From contig QPGO01000010.1 in assembly GCA_008632985.1 (NCBI GenBank), positions 496,001 to 560,000 of the forward strand: DNA of 64,000 bases, written 5' to 3'. This DNA is from Psammoneis japonica (lineage: Eukaryota). Of this stretch, positions 35,974-49,000 are shown one piece after another. Position 1 is the first letter of the stretch. Each line of letters begins with the position of its first letter. The notes under the pieces were generated by a model that was not told the origin of the DNA, ran no database searches, and saw only the letters and a list, made by a program, of their open reading frames with translations. The position numbers were made by a program, and so were the translations under genes.

Positions 35974-36774
35974 GTGGTCAAACGCAAAACCATAGTTTTT
36001 TTTCAGAGGAGAGCAGCTAACGACCAGTAGTAACCTAATGGTACTTCCTACGACAAAGTGTTCAACGACTGTCCTGTAGTCGTTTCTACTCTGTCGTGTC
36101 CAAGCTTTCCCGTTTATTTCTCTAAACTTTTCTGGGAAAAATCATAGCAACCAAATGCAGGTAGAGGTCGTCAGTTCCGGTCGTCATTTCGAAGGCCGAC
36201 CCGGAGCAACGCCACAGCGTCAGTAATAGCCGCACCACTACCAGATTAATCGGAAGACTCCTGCAGCGAGATTGTGTCAGCTCTCTTGTTCCCGACAAAT
36301 CTCCAAGTGCTTCATTCATCATTTCGTGATAACGTGGACCTGCAATGTCAAAGCTTCAAGTCTCTAGAGATTCAGCTTCCCATTATTGGATTGCTATAAC
36401 GACGACGACCAGGAATTGGTTGCATTTGACAGCCTGAAGTTAAGAGTGATCTGTAATAGTGTTTGCTGGATAAGACCCATCAACAATAAAGAAAACATCG
36501 TGCAGCGTCGTCCCAGACGTCACTCTTTCAGTCCACAAATGAGCCGGCTGAGTCAATAATGCCTTGCGTTCTTGTGTTTCTTCATCTATTAGCCAGGAGA
36601 ATGAATGATCTGGGTTTAGATTACAATTTAAAAGAAACGCCATGTACTTGAGAAATTTGAAGACAACATAGTTTCGTTTTCTCAAGCTCCAAAGCGGGCA
36701 AACCGCACTGAGCATACGATGCCTGCTGCGCAATAGAAGTGTAAATAGCAAGTGTGACTTCTTCTAGTGACAAA

Positions 36775-38370
36775 TCAACCCCACGCTTCCGACGCTTCCT
36801 CGTTGCCGCTTGCAGACGAGTCAAACACAGACGCCGTACTCTCGGCGGACTCTTTGCTTTGTTACTATAGTCGCACAGCATTGCCACAACGGTAGTGAAA
36901 CCATGAACATGAGTACTTCCTCCACCCAAGCCGGTGCCAAACCCTGCCAACCCACAGGACCAATCTCGCCGTTGGCGAAAAAGCCGGTAACTGGAGGTTG
37001 TGAAAAGGTGGCAGAGGTTCCTTCTTCACTACTGGTAGAATTCACGCCCGAAAACAATTTCTGAGACTGTTCCAAGTCAACGTTGGGGCGTCCAAAGAGT
37101 GACTGGCCACGTGCGACGCAAGAGATCTGTAGTGCAGCGAGCGGTAATCCGGCCTTGTTATCATGTCCTTCCAGCGAAAACAAGCGTTCTGTCTTGTACC
37201 GCTGCACCATGATTTCAAAATCTTGCTGTGCCGCGCTCGTATCGCGTACTTGGAATCGAAACAAATCCCCTACACTGACGGGCGTTGCAATCACAATGGC
37301 ACCCTTGTTCCCACCGTCACCCCCACTACCTTCGTTCATGCGAGGCTGAAATCCAATAATTTGTCTAGCGAGAAAATCTTGGTTCTTGTCACCTTTGTTG
37401 TTTGAAGATGGATCTGCAATGACACCGCCCAACAGCCCACCTTTTTGGATTATCGCCTTTTCTTGCTCTGAAGCTTCTTGAGCCACTACCTGCTCCAGTT
37501 GTTCCAGGGCAGACAAACCACTGAGTTCCAAAACCACATTGTTGGCAGCAGCAGTCACCACAAATGTTGGTCCGACGGGACGGCATCCTTGTGCAACAAG
37601 CGTTTGAATGCCCACATTACCCTCCAGTTTGACACCCACAATAGAACCAAGGGGTAGGCATTTGTTGTTGTATGCCACGGAAGGATCCGTGGCGCCCGTT
37701 GGACACGATATTCCGCCGACAACGACAACCGAGTCGTCTCCGTCTTTGTTTGCCGCATCGATTTCCTCCAACGCTTCACTGGTTGACGCCCACGGATCGA
37801 CAAAAAGTATATAGGACGGAGAGCGGCTATTGTCGTCATGACTTAGTGAACTCCAGGGCATTTTCTTGTTGTCCTTGGCTTCGGATTCAACGCCAAACGT
37901 TGTCGCTGTGGATCCGGCTGGAAGATCCCATACAGTATGGACACGGAAGGTTTACTCTCCATTGCATCCACTTCTATTCCGCCTCCAATTACGCCGCCAC
38001 CAACAAGCGCTAGTAGCTGATACTTTTCTTTCGAGAGAACTTCATTTGCGGCTTGGACCATGCTACCAAAGCTCTTTGAGTGAGCACGATTGGCAAACAT
38101 AAACACAAGTCCGTCCCCGTCGGATTCTGCATTCTTCTCGAGAGGCTTCAACAATTCTTTCACAGCTTTGATCCCATCGGCTTCATGCGATATTCCAGAT
38201 GTCCAACCAGTAATCATGCTTAGTTTACTTTCACTCCTGCGACGAGCTGGAGCATTGCAATCAGTTGTTTTCGGTGCCATGACAAAAGAACGTGCTGTGT
38301 GTAAAACGAGAAACACCAATAGAAACATAACGCTCGTAGCTCTAGCGTTGCCACGTCTCCATGGTAGCAT
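36775..38370 (-). CDS. FIST (N and C) domain protein with predicted plastid-targeting presequence; frameshifts near 37900, 36950, 36850
   Basis: Signal peptide ending ARS-F; GGGVIGG, VAQGCRPVGP, FQVRD, SCVARG..LF, GFFANGEIGP, HGFT. Confidence 0.8.
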
Positions 38371-38823
38371 TATTGGTTTGTAACTATGGTTGATGATCCA
38401 ACAGAGTGCGAGGCGAGCTTACAAGGCATGTGGGGTTCCCCTGCTTTAGCTCATCGTGTGAGGTGCAACAACGCAACGAAGAATTTGGAATTTTTTGAAA
38501 GATTTTGCCATGTCATCACTTTCTGAAGAGACCCGGAAATCAAAGTTGCGCTCCGAGGTCCATAAAAGTTTGGGTATCTTTGCCAAATGCCGATGACGCC
38601 GCAATGACCGACAACAAGAACAGACCTGCCGTAACTCTGTTTGTATGCGTGCAAGAGCTGTCGTCTCTTTGTCTCGACACCTTTATTACAACAGGTCATT
38701 CATAGCTTATATATCAGTCTCTTGGGCACAGAAATACATCAACGAAACTCACAAACAGAGTTGATACCCGAACGCTTACACCCTACCCGTAGTTTTTCTC
38801 AGAAAAAAAGATTTGTTTTCAAC

Positions 38824-39991
38824 ATGACGCAAGGCATCTCGTTTGAATTGCTGCAAAAGCAAAACGCTGAAACCTCCAATGCAATTATGGAATTTCTTAA
38901 AGACTCGCCAAAGTTTCAGTCCTTATCGGCTCATGAAGGCAAGTTGACGGTGGATCGCGATGCCGAGGACGATGCGAAATTGGACGTTGGTATTCAGCAC
39001 GCCAAAGACAAGGGGTCTTGGATAAGGACTTTAAACCACAACCCTATCATGTCATTGATGTTCTTGGAAAGACACCAGCTGATGTAGCGAATGAAATTAT
39101 TACTCAATCGAAATTGGGAGAAGAACATGACGGTGGATCTGTGATTGTCTTGTGTGGCTTGTCTGGTACGGGAAAGGTTAGTTGTTGAGGTTACTTCACC
39201 CGTTTGTTGTGGTAGAGTTTGAGAAAAAAGTGCATATCTGACGAGTACACATGGATTCTCTTTCTTCATAGGGTACCACAACTGAAACGTTGCGTAAGAT
39301 GCTGCAAGAGCAAGGCAAAGAAATCGTGACGTGGTCCAACGGTAATGTCTTTCGAAGTGTCACGTTGCTTGCCGTGACATGGTGTGAACAAGAGCAGGGC
39401 GACAATATAGATATCCAAGCGGCTCTTACCAAGGAAAATCTGGCTTCTTTCATGTCGATGCTGAAGTTTGATGAGGTAAGACATTGTGCGTCGTGCTGCA
39501 TGTTGTGTTGTGCGCAACGAAGATGAAGTTCTGTGTTCCAATTCTAACCGTTGGCGTGAATTCAACATAGTTTGATGGCAAGTACGATATTCGTATCAAC
39601 GGGCTGGGCTTTGACAATGTCTTGGTATCCAAAATTCAGAATACGCAGTTAAAGTCTCCCAAGGTGTCAAAGAACATCCCACTGTGGCGCAGGCTACTCA
39701 GGGTGAAGTCATCTTGTTTGCCGCCGCGGCCATTGAGATCATGTGCAGCTCATCCAACAATATGGTTGTGTTGTTGGAGGGTCGCGAACAAACCGTCAAC
39801 TACGTAAGGACACCTCATCGCTTTACTCTCATCTTGTCGGATGAAACTCTGATTGGTAAACGACGCGCTGCGCAACGACTCATGGCTGCGGCACTCCACG
39901 ACGTGAAGGAATCAAAGGAACAGGACAGCGATGCCGTTGCAAAGGCTTTGCAGGCAAACCTTGACAAATGGCTACCGAAGTTCAACATTAA
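38824..39991 (+). CDS. Cytidylate kinase-like P-loop protein (introns ~39177-39270 and ~39476-39570; frameshifts)
   Basis: VIVLCGLSGTGK|GTT P-loop split by an intron; WSNGNVFRSVTL; VVLLEGRE (cf. CMK V.EGRD). Confidence 0.65.
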
Positions 39992-40071
39992 TTGCTCTAA
40001 ACTGTAGAGGAATAACTAGAAAAGGTTTTCTTGAAATAGCATTATTTCTGAGTAGCTATTGCTATTCTCTA

Positions 40072-41937
40072 TTATCCATGCTTGATCAGACCAAAGATAG
40101 CTTTGATCTTTCCCCACCAACTTTCATTGTAAAAGAGATGAAGCAACGCCGACCCGAAAGGTAAGCTTTGCTCCTTGGCAATTGGATAATCAATTGGCGA
40201 CGGGATGGTTGTACGGACACCAGGGATTCGATCCACGACAACGGCCCGTTCCAAACAGCAGGCACGCAATCCTTCGGGGCCCGCAAACCGATCAAAGCCG
40301 CTTTCACCTACGCCACCAAAAGGAAGTGACTGGATCAAGTAATTCACACCAAAGTCGTTCACGTTACACATACCGCTACGGATCTGGCGAGCCAGTGCCA
40401 AACCGCGAGCCTTGTCGTTGCAATACACGCTAGCTCCCAATCCAAAGCTGCAATTGTTGATGAGGCGGATGCATTCATCATCGCTATCATTGGGAACCTT
40501 GGTTACGCTCATGACAGGACCGAACACTTCTTCCTGGCTAATTCGCATATCACCAGTGATGCCGGACAAGAGTGTCGGCTCGTAAAAGTTACCGTGTAGC
40601 ATTGATGAATTGCGCTTGCCACCACAGTGTAGCGTGGCGCCCTTGGCTACAGCGTCATCTACCAAGGCCTGGATAATGTCAATTTGACCCGCCATCACCA
40701 TGGAAGCGCAATCGACGTCACCCGTACCACCGCAGGTTTCCAACGGAATTCCCTGTCGCAAGGATTTGATCTTTGTTGAAATGGTATCAATGAATTCATC
40801 GTGCATAGATTCATAGCAAAAGATACGCTCGACTCCACAGCAGTTCTGTCCGCAATTTTGAAAGCAGCCACGCATCGCCCAAGGAACAATATCCTTGATT
40901 TTCACATCATCACAAAACACCATTGGATCCTTGCCGCCCAATTCCAGAATAACCGGCTTGACGAATTTGGCCGCACTCGCCATGACGTGACGACCAACTC
41001 CAGGAGAACCCGTAAAAATAATCTTGTCGACATTCGGATTTGCCACGAGAGCCTGACCGGCATTGGCAAAGCCAGTCACAGTTTGTACGAGATTCACGTC
41101 GTGTCCGTGAATTTCAAGAGCGGCAGAAACAATGGATCCAAAGTACTGTGCACTCCACGATGTGTGCTCCGACACCTTGGAGACAATGGCATTACCCGAA
41201 AAGAGCCCCGAAATGACGTGATTGAGGAAATTATGAAAGGGATAATTCCATGGCGCAATAATTCCAAGCACACCAAAGGGAACGTATTCGACAGAGGCAG
41301 TCTTGTGAATCATCATGGGTCCAGTAGGACGGTACGACGGTTTTAGCCACAGCTCACCGTTTGCATTGATGGTCCGTATCTTTTCACATGTAGTCATGAC
41401 TTCTCCCAACAAGGCGTCGAGTTTTGGTTTTCCCGAATCGCGCGTAGAGACACGGCAAATCTCATCAATATGAGTCACAATGTACTTTTGAATGGTTCTC
41501 AACACGAGACGTCGTTGCGCAAAGGTAGTTTGCGCCCATTTCTCTTGCGCCGCTTTTGCTTTTTCACACAAGGCATTGACATCCTTCTCCGTCATGGCAA
41601 CGACTTGACCTAAATGCTGTGCCGTGGACGGGTCGTAACATTGAATGAAACCGTCGCGTTTTGGATCCTTGAGTGCGGTGCTCTTGCTCGGTTCAGACGA
41701 AATACCATTGTCCTCTTCTTCGGCAGCCGTCAAGGGAATATCAAGTGTTGGAACACGAACAAACGAGAATTCCCATAGAAGCTTGAGGTTGTAGAGAATC
41801 ATTGGAATCTCAGAAACTACTTTGACGACAATCCATAGCAAGACTGCAGCTACAATCATCACAACTCCAATGCTGAAATCATTCGAGGAACGATCCAGCA
41901 AGGACATGAAACTGGTCAATTGACATTGCTCTCCCAT
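40072..41937 (-). CDS. Aldehyde dehydrogenase, ALDH22/Msc7-like with N-terminal TM segment
   Basis: PWNYPFHN, FTGSP, LELGGKDP, GQNCCG, EEVFGP, LPFGGV..SG. Confidence 0.93.
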   Translation of the reverse strand: MGEQCQLTSFMSLLDRSSNDFSIGVVMIVAAVLLWIVVKVVSEIPMILYNLKLLWEFSFVRVPTLDIPLTAAEEEDNGISSEPSKSTALKDPKRDGFIQCYDPSTAQHLGQVVAMTEKDVNALCEKAKAAQEKWAQTTFAQRRLVLRTIQKYIVTHIDEICRVSTRDSGKPKLDALLGEVMTTCEKIRTINANGELWLKPSYRPTGPMMIHKTASVEYVPFGVLGIIAPWNYPFHNFLNHVISGLFSGNAIVSKVSEHTSWSAQYFGSIVSAALEIHGHDVNLVQTVTGFANAGQALVANPNVDKIIFTGSPGVGRHVMASAAKFVKPVILELGGKDPMVFCDDVKIKDIVPWAMRGCFQNCGQNCCGVERIFCYESMHDEFIDTISTKIKSLRQGIPLETCGGTGDVDCASMVMAGQIDIIQALVDDAVAKGATLHCGGKRNSSMLHGNFYEPTLLSGITGDMRISQEEVFGPVMSVTKVPNDSDDECIRLINNCSFGLGASVYCNDKARGLALARQIRSGMCNVNDFGVNYLIQSLPFGGVGESGFDRFAGPEGLRACCLERAVVVDRIPGVRTTIPSPIDYPIAKEQSLPFGSALLHLFYNESWWGKIKAIFGLIKHG

Positions 41938-42432
41938 GATTGTATTCCAACAGAAACCGCAAAATATTTATGTAATTCTTACGGGTCGTAGCGTAGCTCT
42001 TGTTGAAACAAAGGCTACGCTGATCTGTCTCGGCTTTGGCTTGTCGGCCTTTGTTTTGGGTTTGCCATTGCTGGTCGGCAAAATTGCTTGGGTGCGTGCG
42101 CCACGTCAATGGCAAATGTATATAAACTTCATTCATGAAGAAAATGGTATGAAATTTTGGCGGGAAAAATAAAGATCTGTACGTGTGGCGTCCGTTTGGA
42201 TACGACGACGTACTGGCACCGCGTGCGACGTGCGAGAGCAGGAAGGCAAAGCTCAAAGCTATGATAAGCAGGGAAGAAATTTACATGTGATTTTTATGCT
42301 ATTTCTTAGAAACAGTCCGCAGCCTATTGTTTTCGGGGTTATCAGAGAAGATAGGTCCATCTGATTCTGTTCGATTGCTCGTCTTCGCTGAAACACAGGA
42401 CACTTTCCATCGCACTTCACACTACTGAAAAA

Positions 42433-43552
42433 CTACATCATAAACTTTGTTTTCATATCCATACGATGGCCTGTCGACATCTGAGGAACCTGAGTGTATT
42501 TCCCATGCAATAGCTTGCGAATGTTACCAAGTAATTCGACGTAAGTCTGATTGAATCCATGTTGACTGAAGGCTTCTCGAAAACTCCAAGACATGGCACC
42601 CGTGGCCTCTCCCTCAATGTGTGCATCAGCCGACGTTTGCTCGTCACGGCATCCCGAAAACTGAATGACATCGGCAACGGCGGAGCGAATCTTGATTTGG
42701 CGCTGACGAGCCTCTTCGTTGGGAGCAGAGCTTGGGGCATAGTACAGCGACACTGCTCGGATACCAGACGTGAGTGCACCCATCTTGTCCCCCTTCATAA
42801 GAGACATGCCAGCCGCCAAAGCAGCGTTCATTGCCTCTTTTCGATTATCAACCTCTTGAATTTCCAAATTACCATCAATGTTGTAGGTGTAGGGAAGGTC
42901 AAAGACGGAACCGCTGTGGCAGCAGTCCATGATTGCCGTAAGTCTTACGCCTTCGGGCAAGCCAGCCACTAAAATAGCGTGAATATCATCGTCGACTATT
43001 TGGCCATTCTTCTCATAGTCCACAGGAACGAGAGTTTCGTCGTTTCCATCAACTTCATCTCCACTCGTATCTTTCTGGTTTGCTCCGTGTCCGCTGTAAT
43101 GGAAAAACAACGAGTCACCGCTCTTTGCGTCTTGGACAAGCCACTTCATGGCATTGATCATATTGTCTCTGGTCGGCATATTGTTTGGATCCTTGTCGGT
43201 AAGTGTTTTCATGTGCGCCTCATCGGTGGGGAAGTGAAATTGTCAACAAGGAACTTCTTCATATTCACAACATCGTTGAGGCAACCGCGTAGCTCGGCTC
43301 GGCTTCCAAAGTAGTTGATCCCAACAAAGAGAGACTTCTTGTTACCGTCACACGTAGAAGAGGAATGTTTGAGCCATCGTCGAGATTTTCATCGTCATTT
43401 GCTCGTGCTGAAGATTCGGGGCGGCTTGATGCGGTGTTACTTTGTTCGTTTTCCTGACCTTGTTGGCTTTGCTGCTGTTGTTGGTTCTGTTGCTCCGCCA
43501 TCACATCGACCGCCACTGCAGCCGCTTGTTTCAAGAAATCTCCAAACGTCAT
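42433..43552 (-). CDS. Type I metacaspase (Gln-rich prodomain; apparent frameshifts near 43360 and 43225)
   Basis: [18 protein letters not shown], catalytic HYSGHG and [23 protein letters not shown]. Confidence 0.92.
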
Positions 43553-43759
43553 GTTCCAAGTGGCTTTAGTTTAGACGACGAAACGACAAGTTCAAGCTGG
43601 GAAGTAACAAAAACGCTGCCAAAAGCAACTCTTGTTACTATGATACGTAAGGCCTCGCTCTCTGTTCGCGACCTTCGGGTCGTCAACGCAAGGCAACAAC
43701 CAAAACCGGAGGGAGCGTGTTCGGGGTCCGTGCTTCGCTCTTTCTCGTCCTGGTGTTGC

Positions 43760-44358
43760 NNNNNNNNNNNNNNNNNNNNNNNNNNNNNNNNNNNNNNNNN
43801 NNNNNNNNNNNNNNNNNNNNNNNNNNNNNNNNNNNNNNNNNNNNNNNNNNNNNNNNNNNNNNNNNNNNNNNNNNNNNNNNNNNNNNNNNNNNNNNNNNNN
43901 NNNNNNNNNNNNNNNNNNNNNNNNNNNNNNNNNNNNNNNNNNNNNNNNNNNNNNNNNNNNNNNNNNNNNNNNNNNNNNNNNNNNNNNNNNNNNNNNNNNN
44001 NNNNNNNNNNNNNNNNNNNNNNNNNNNNNNNNNNNNNNNNNNNNNNNNNNNNNNNNNNNNNNNNNNNNNNNNNNNNNNNNNNNNNNNNNNNNNNNNNNNN
44101 NNNNNNNNNNNNNNNNNNNNNNNNNNNNNNNNNNNNNNNNNNNNNNNNNNNNNNNNNNNNNNNNNNNNNNNNNNNNNNNNNNNNNNNNNNNNNNNNNNNN
44201 NNNNNNNNNNNNNNNNNNNNNNNNNNNNNNNNNNNNNNNNNNNNNNNNNNNNNNNNNNNNNNNNNNNNNNNNNNNNNNNNNNNNNNNNNNNNNNNNNNNN
44301 NNNNNNNNNNNNNNNNNNNNNNNNNNNNNNNNNNNNNNNNNNNNNNNNNNNNNNNNNN
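43760..44358. other. Assembly gap
   Basis: Run of N. Confidence 1.
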
Positions 44359-44376
44359 CGATGAGACTTAAAAGTG

Positions 44377-46203
44377 ATGGGTACGGCATCTCCGTCGCTT
44401 ATAAGTAAGACAGAGGATACTCTTGACCAGTTAGAGACATTTGTAAAAGGAAGTGACGTCTCTCTCGATGAAGACTTAAAAGGACGAATACACATCTGTC
44501 ACAGTTGCGGAGGCCAACACCGTGACGCCAGAAACGAAGCAGGAGAATCAGCCTCGTCATCGCGTTCAAAGTACGAGGAAATTATTGATGCAATGCCACT
44601 CAGTGAAACGGATGCCAAAATTGTCTTGGCAGGAGGACAGCTAGGATTGATTCACGAAGTGTTGGCACTTTGTGCAATTCAGGCAAATGATTCTACGCCT
44701 CTCATGATTTACAAGTCCGAAAAGAAGACTCTCGAATGTCAGAGAAAGTTTTACCCGGACGCTGAAATCGATGACACCAAATCGGTTGTTATGGCAAACT
44801 TGTCTGCATACTTGTATTGGGATTATGCATGGAACTACCACAGAAGACATGTAACGCGAAGAAGATTCGAAAACCTATCGTTGCGCAGTATGGATTACGG
44901 TCAGGACTGTCGCATTTGGAAATGGTCGAATGATGTGGTCAAGAGTCACTATGAATGGTGCCTTAAGCGCGATATCAATGCTGCTGCCGTTCGAAAAATT
45001 TCCGAGAAGATTGACAAGGCCATGGCGGTGTTATTTGAAACGCGTTTTGAACCAGAGTGGCTGAAATGCGCGGACCCTACACCGGTCTGGAGGAGGTTTA
45101 GTGCATGGAAAGGAGACTGGGAAAGAGATGATCATTTCATGCTGGGGCGCGTCTATGGGAACTACAACGTTCCGATTTTGTCAAACATTCTTGACAAGCT
45201 TTGTGAGACTGGTGGAGATATCAAGACAGTGTACATGTCTGCGCTCGAACTTGTTGCTACCAACGGAGACTGGCAGGATTGTCAAGTTGGAGTCAGGACG
45301 AACGTTGTTGGCGAAAGGATACAAGAGTTCATTTCAAACAACTCTCGCCTTGCGAAATTCAAGGAATGGAACTCCATCCGAAACAAGCGTCCTTCCTCGA
45401 AAGACTTTCTTCAGGGGACTCGCGCCAAAGGTGGAAACTACGTGTTTATGCATGACACGGATACCATTGGCTTGCCCTTGGGAGACGATTCCGACGCGCA
45501 CAACCGTAAAGGATTCAGCGCGGTCGCTCCCTTACTTCCTGGACCTGTATTGAACGGAGGAGCCTACTCTTGGTTTTTGCGTAAAGCGGAGCATCTGGTT
45601 CTAATTGGCGAGGGTAACTTTACGTTCAGTGAGTCTCTCTTTACGCTTGGTCATCCTGCGTTCATATCATCGACCAAGGCAAAAACTGCACCCCCAAGAA
45701 AGAATCGAAAAGGTATCTTCTCTCAGTCTGGCTTTCTAAAGAAAGCATTTACCGAGCCCCGCCGCATGACATCTTTGGATGCCACTCGCGTTCATAGATA
45801 CAGCAAAATTCTGACAAGGGTAGAAAACGGGCACGCCCGAAGCTTTGCATGGAATTTTCCATTCAACAACGCCAACCCCAAGGATTCGGCTCAAGAAGAC
45901 ATGATCCAGAGCACGTTTTCCAGTCTTGCGACTCTTTACGATAGATCTATGGAGTACGAGCCTGACATTCCTCATGTTGCTAAGCACCCTTTCCTGTTCG
46001 CTCTGACGCTTCACGACGATCAGTTTTCGCGCTGGTTCGTTCTCAGGGCAGGACTCCGTACAGGGTGGCGACTTCGATCTTGGTGTCCTTTTGACTACAG
46101 CCAGTTCCCGGGGTATACGCCATGTGGTGAAGACGGGCAGCCCCTCCAAGTGAAAGAGGCGAGATTTTATGTGTTTCAATACATGTACTGCAACGTTCTC
46201 TAG
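44377..46203 (+). CDS. Protein with HA2-like (helicase-associated) N-terminal segment and BMT5/DUF2431-like methyltransferase C-terminal domain; 5' end may lie in the gap
   Basis: MPLSETDAKIVLAG...EVLALCAI resembles HA2; LIGEGNFTFS, LDAT, WNFP and FPGY match DUF2431. Confidence 0.6.
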   Translation: MGTASPSLISKTEDTLDQLETFVKGSDVSLDEDLKGRIHICHSCGGQHRDARNEAGESASSSRSKYEEIIDAMPLSETDAKIVLAGGQLGLIHEVLALCAIQANDSTPLMIYKSEKKTLECQRKFYPDAEIDDTKSVVMANLSAYLYWDYAWNYHRRHVTRRRFENLSLRSMDYGQDCRIWKWSNDVVKSHYEWCLKRDINAAAVRKISEKIDKAMAVLFETRFEPEWLKCADPTPVWRRFSAWKGDWERDDHFMLGRVYGNYNVPILSNILDKLCETGGDIKTVYMSALELVATNGDWQDCQVGVRTNVVGERIQEFISNNSRLAKFKEWNSIRNKRPSSKDFLQGTRAKGGNYVFMHDTDTIGLPLGDDSDAHNRKGFSAVAPLLPGPVLNGGAYSWFLRKAEHLVLIGEGNFTFSESLFTLGHPAFISSTKAKTAPPRKNRKGIFSQSGFLKKAFTEPRRMTSLDATRVHRYSKILTRVENGHARSFAWNFPFNNANPKDSAQEDMIQSTFSSLATLYDRSMEYEPDIPHVAKHPFLFALTLHDDQFSRWFVLRAGLRTGWRLRSWCPFDYSQFPGYTPCGEDGQPLQVKEARFYVFQYMYCNVL

Positions 46204-46391
46204 AAATTGAGATGAGTAGATAGTACACGGCTTTAAGCTCTTTAGATAGTTAACCATTAAGATTCGGCATGATACAGATCAAAAACAAATTTTGGTCGAA
46301 CCATGAACTGAAAGTCTACTCTAGATGGCATTTTTGCTTCTCGTTCATTCTTCGCAGTCCAAATTGAGGTTGTTCCGAAAACATAATAGCG

Positions 46392-47300
46392 TCATGCCTT
46401 GGGTGGGAAAATTGGTACGCCCGCTGCGGTCGACGCCACAAAAATACCAAACGACATGGCTGCTAAAGTACCGCAGAAGTTTGCGAGAAACACCAAAAGA
46501 AACACAGCAACTCGCCTTGAGACTTTTGCTTTGCGTTCAATGTACTTGACAGCATTGTCAAAGTAGCGAGAGACACCCGCCGACAAGGCGAAGCGAACTG
46601 GCCGAATAAAGTTGTTGAACACATAGAAACCAGCGTAGATTGCCAGAAAGTTCTTCCATTGACCCGGAGCCAACGGACTCAACCCCGTCTACAGGGGAAA
46701 AAAGGCGTTATTTTGAATAAGAAGCCCTACCCGCGCAAAACAAGGTGATACACCGCAGCTACATCAAAGAACTACAAGGACGTACCTGCTTTGAGAAAAT
46801 ATACCAAGCCAGGGAAACAGTCACCGAGTAACTCATATTAGACACCCATCCGTACGACAAGGCAACGGATAGACCCGCCTTGGCGAGTTTTTGTTTAAAC
46901 GTGAGGCCGTCATCCTCCTTTTTCGTTTTGAATGAATTTTTTATCTTGAACCACAGAGAAGTTTTTCCTTCCTCATCTTCGACCACTTCCTTTGATTCAG
47001 ATTCTTCGTTTCTTCAGTAGTTTCTTCTTCTCCACTTTCCTCAGTCTCATTGTCGGATTCTTCTGATGATACAGCCTTCAACAAATAAGAAGGGCAGCGC
47101 TGCGGCTTATGCGGCCCACACAGTGATGATGTTTGTGGAATGACGAGTGATGGCAAACGACGACTCCTTTCGTTATCTCTTCTCAAGCAATGAGTCTTTC
47201 CACCATAAAGTGGTGTAAAGGCATAGCATGGACTGCAAAGAAGCAGCCAGAGTATCGCTATTGCCTGGTTTGATGCTGACAACATGGCTGCGTTTCTCAT
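46392..47300 (-). CDS. Conserved membrane protein (DUF1279-like), predicted plastid presequence; intron 46785-46689, frameshift near 46990
   Basis: Signal peptide CYA-F; GLSVALSYGWVSN and FLAIYAGFYVFNNFIRPVRFALS. Confidence 0.65.
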
Positions 47301-47641
47301 GGTCGGTTTTTGTGTGTTGCTTTTAGCGGCGATTGTCCTGGTTGAAGTCGGGTTGTCGGACGGACTGCGTATCTTGTTCACGAGCCTGCGAGCTCAAATT
47401 TTTTCCGTTGCGCGCACGTTCAATACTGACTTCTACAAACTCGTAGATAATCCATGTTTACTACAGTATTTACTTTTTTGAAAGGATTTGAATTCTGACA
47501 CGCGCCAAAAAGCCAACCGACAAACTGCCGAAAAAACGGCAAACAACGAAAAATCGCGAATGCGAATGGTCAGTCATCGGTCACACACATCACAGGGGAC
47601 AGGGGATACGGTACTGTAGGTTGTACAAGCAGCGAAACGGC

Positions 47642-48552
47642 ATGTTTGTCAACAAGTTGACTTACATTCAAGCGATTGCGCTGCTCTGCAGTTTGACTAG
47701 TGTGTATGGAGAAGCGCATCTCCGTCGTTTAAGGATCAAAGAAGAATCGGCGTTTGGTGATGAGGCGATATTTGCTTCTTCTGAAAACAACGAATTGCTT
47801 GTTGATGATCGAGCCTTGTGGGAAAGGCTTCTCCAAGCGTCATCCATGAGTATGAGCATGAGTGTGTCTATTTCCTCTTGCGTCCCTGACGACGTTCCTG
47901 AGTTCCAGATTGACGACAACGTCAACATTGGAGACGTGCTTTCTACGCCGGGACCTGGATTTGCAGAGAGTTGTGGTAAAGACTGCATCACGGTCAAGGA
48001 CAGCGGTACGAACGCTGACTTCGACCCAGAAGCTGGGGACACGCTGCGCTTTGCTTACAAGAGGTTTCTAGTAACAACTTCGTGATTCGCTCCCGCGTTT
48101 GTGGGGTGGACTGCGATGGAAGCGACGGTTTTGATGGCCAGTTTGGGCGCACTGGTCTTATGGTGCGGGAAAGCTTGAATGCATTTTCCAAGAATATTTA
48201 TGCTTCTCATTCTCCCTTTGGTCAGGCTGACTGGTCCTGGAGGCTCGAGACGGACGGAGAAACGATTGATGGTTTTGATGGAAGTCCGGATGTGGAGTGT
48301 CTTTGGATTACCTTGGAACGAAATGGCAACGATTTCACATACTCGTACGCCTACGAATCAGATGATGAAACATGTGAGCTTGACGATGAGCTGCTGGTAG
48401 ATTTGACTCGTACCGTTACAATTGACATGCCTACGACAGTCTTGGTTGGACTCGGGGTGTCCACTGCCTTATCCCGCCCTTCTGCCAATTCACGGAAGCA
48501 GATTTTAGAGACATTGAATGCCGTGGTTGTTAGGCCCGGATATTTACAGTAG
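47642..48552 (+). CDS. Secreted protein with DUF1349/ConA-like beta-sandwich; frameshifted
   Basis: Signal peptide; GLMVRESL, WITLERNGNDFT, IDMP..VLVGLGVS. Confidence 0.55.
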
Positions 48553-48642
48553 TAGAGACACAGATAGAGACGTGGGGTGTAGGTAGTTATTTTAACCATA
48601 ATTCAGACTCCCCTATGGTAACAATATGGCAAGAGGGACAAA

Positions 48643-49000
48643 TTATTCGCTCCCGCGTTTGTTTGCGGACTGCGATGGAAGCGACGGCTTTGACGGTACC
48701 GGTACTGTAGTTTGGGCGCACTTGTCTCTTGGATGAAAAATCCAAGAATATTATGCTTCTCATTCTTTCGCTTTGGTCAGATTGACGGGTCCTGGTATCA
48801 TCTATCTGATGATGGCGAAAGTGAGCTCTACGGCGAACTGCTGGAGGAGTTGACTCGTACAGTGACAATTAATATTGAATATGCCTACATACATCAGTCT
48901 TGTTGGACTCGGTGTGTAAACTGAAGTATCTCCCCCCTTATGCCATTACACAGAAGCGGAATTCAGAGACATCGAATGTCGTGGCTATTAGGCCGGGGAA
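48643..49000 (+). pseudogene. Degenerate partial duplication of the preceding gene
   Basis: attcgctcccgcgtttg...gactgcgatggaagcgacgg, tccaagaatatt and ttgactcgtac repeat the 48085-48540 segment with internal deletions. Confidence 0.8.

Noticed and set aside
36122..36751. BTB-like remnant (LHDVFFIVDG)
   Set aside because: A single short motif with no continuing frame.
32843..48552. Programmed frameshifting or mass pseudogenisation of WAPL, FIST, kinase, metacaspase and other genes
   Set aside because: Isolated small indels in otherwise well-conserved unrelated genes are more simply sequencing/assembly errors; needs a read check.
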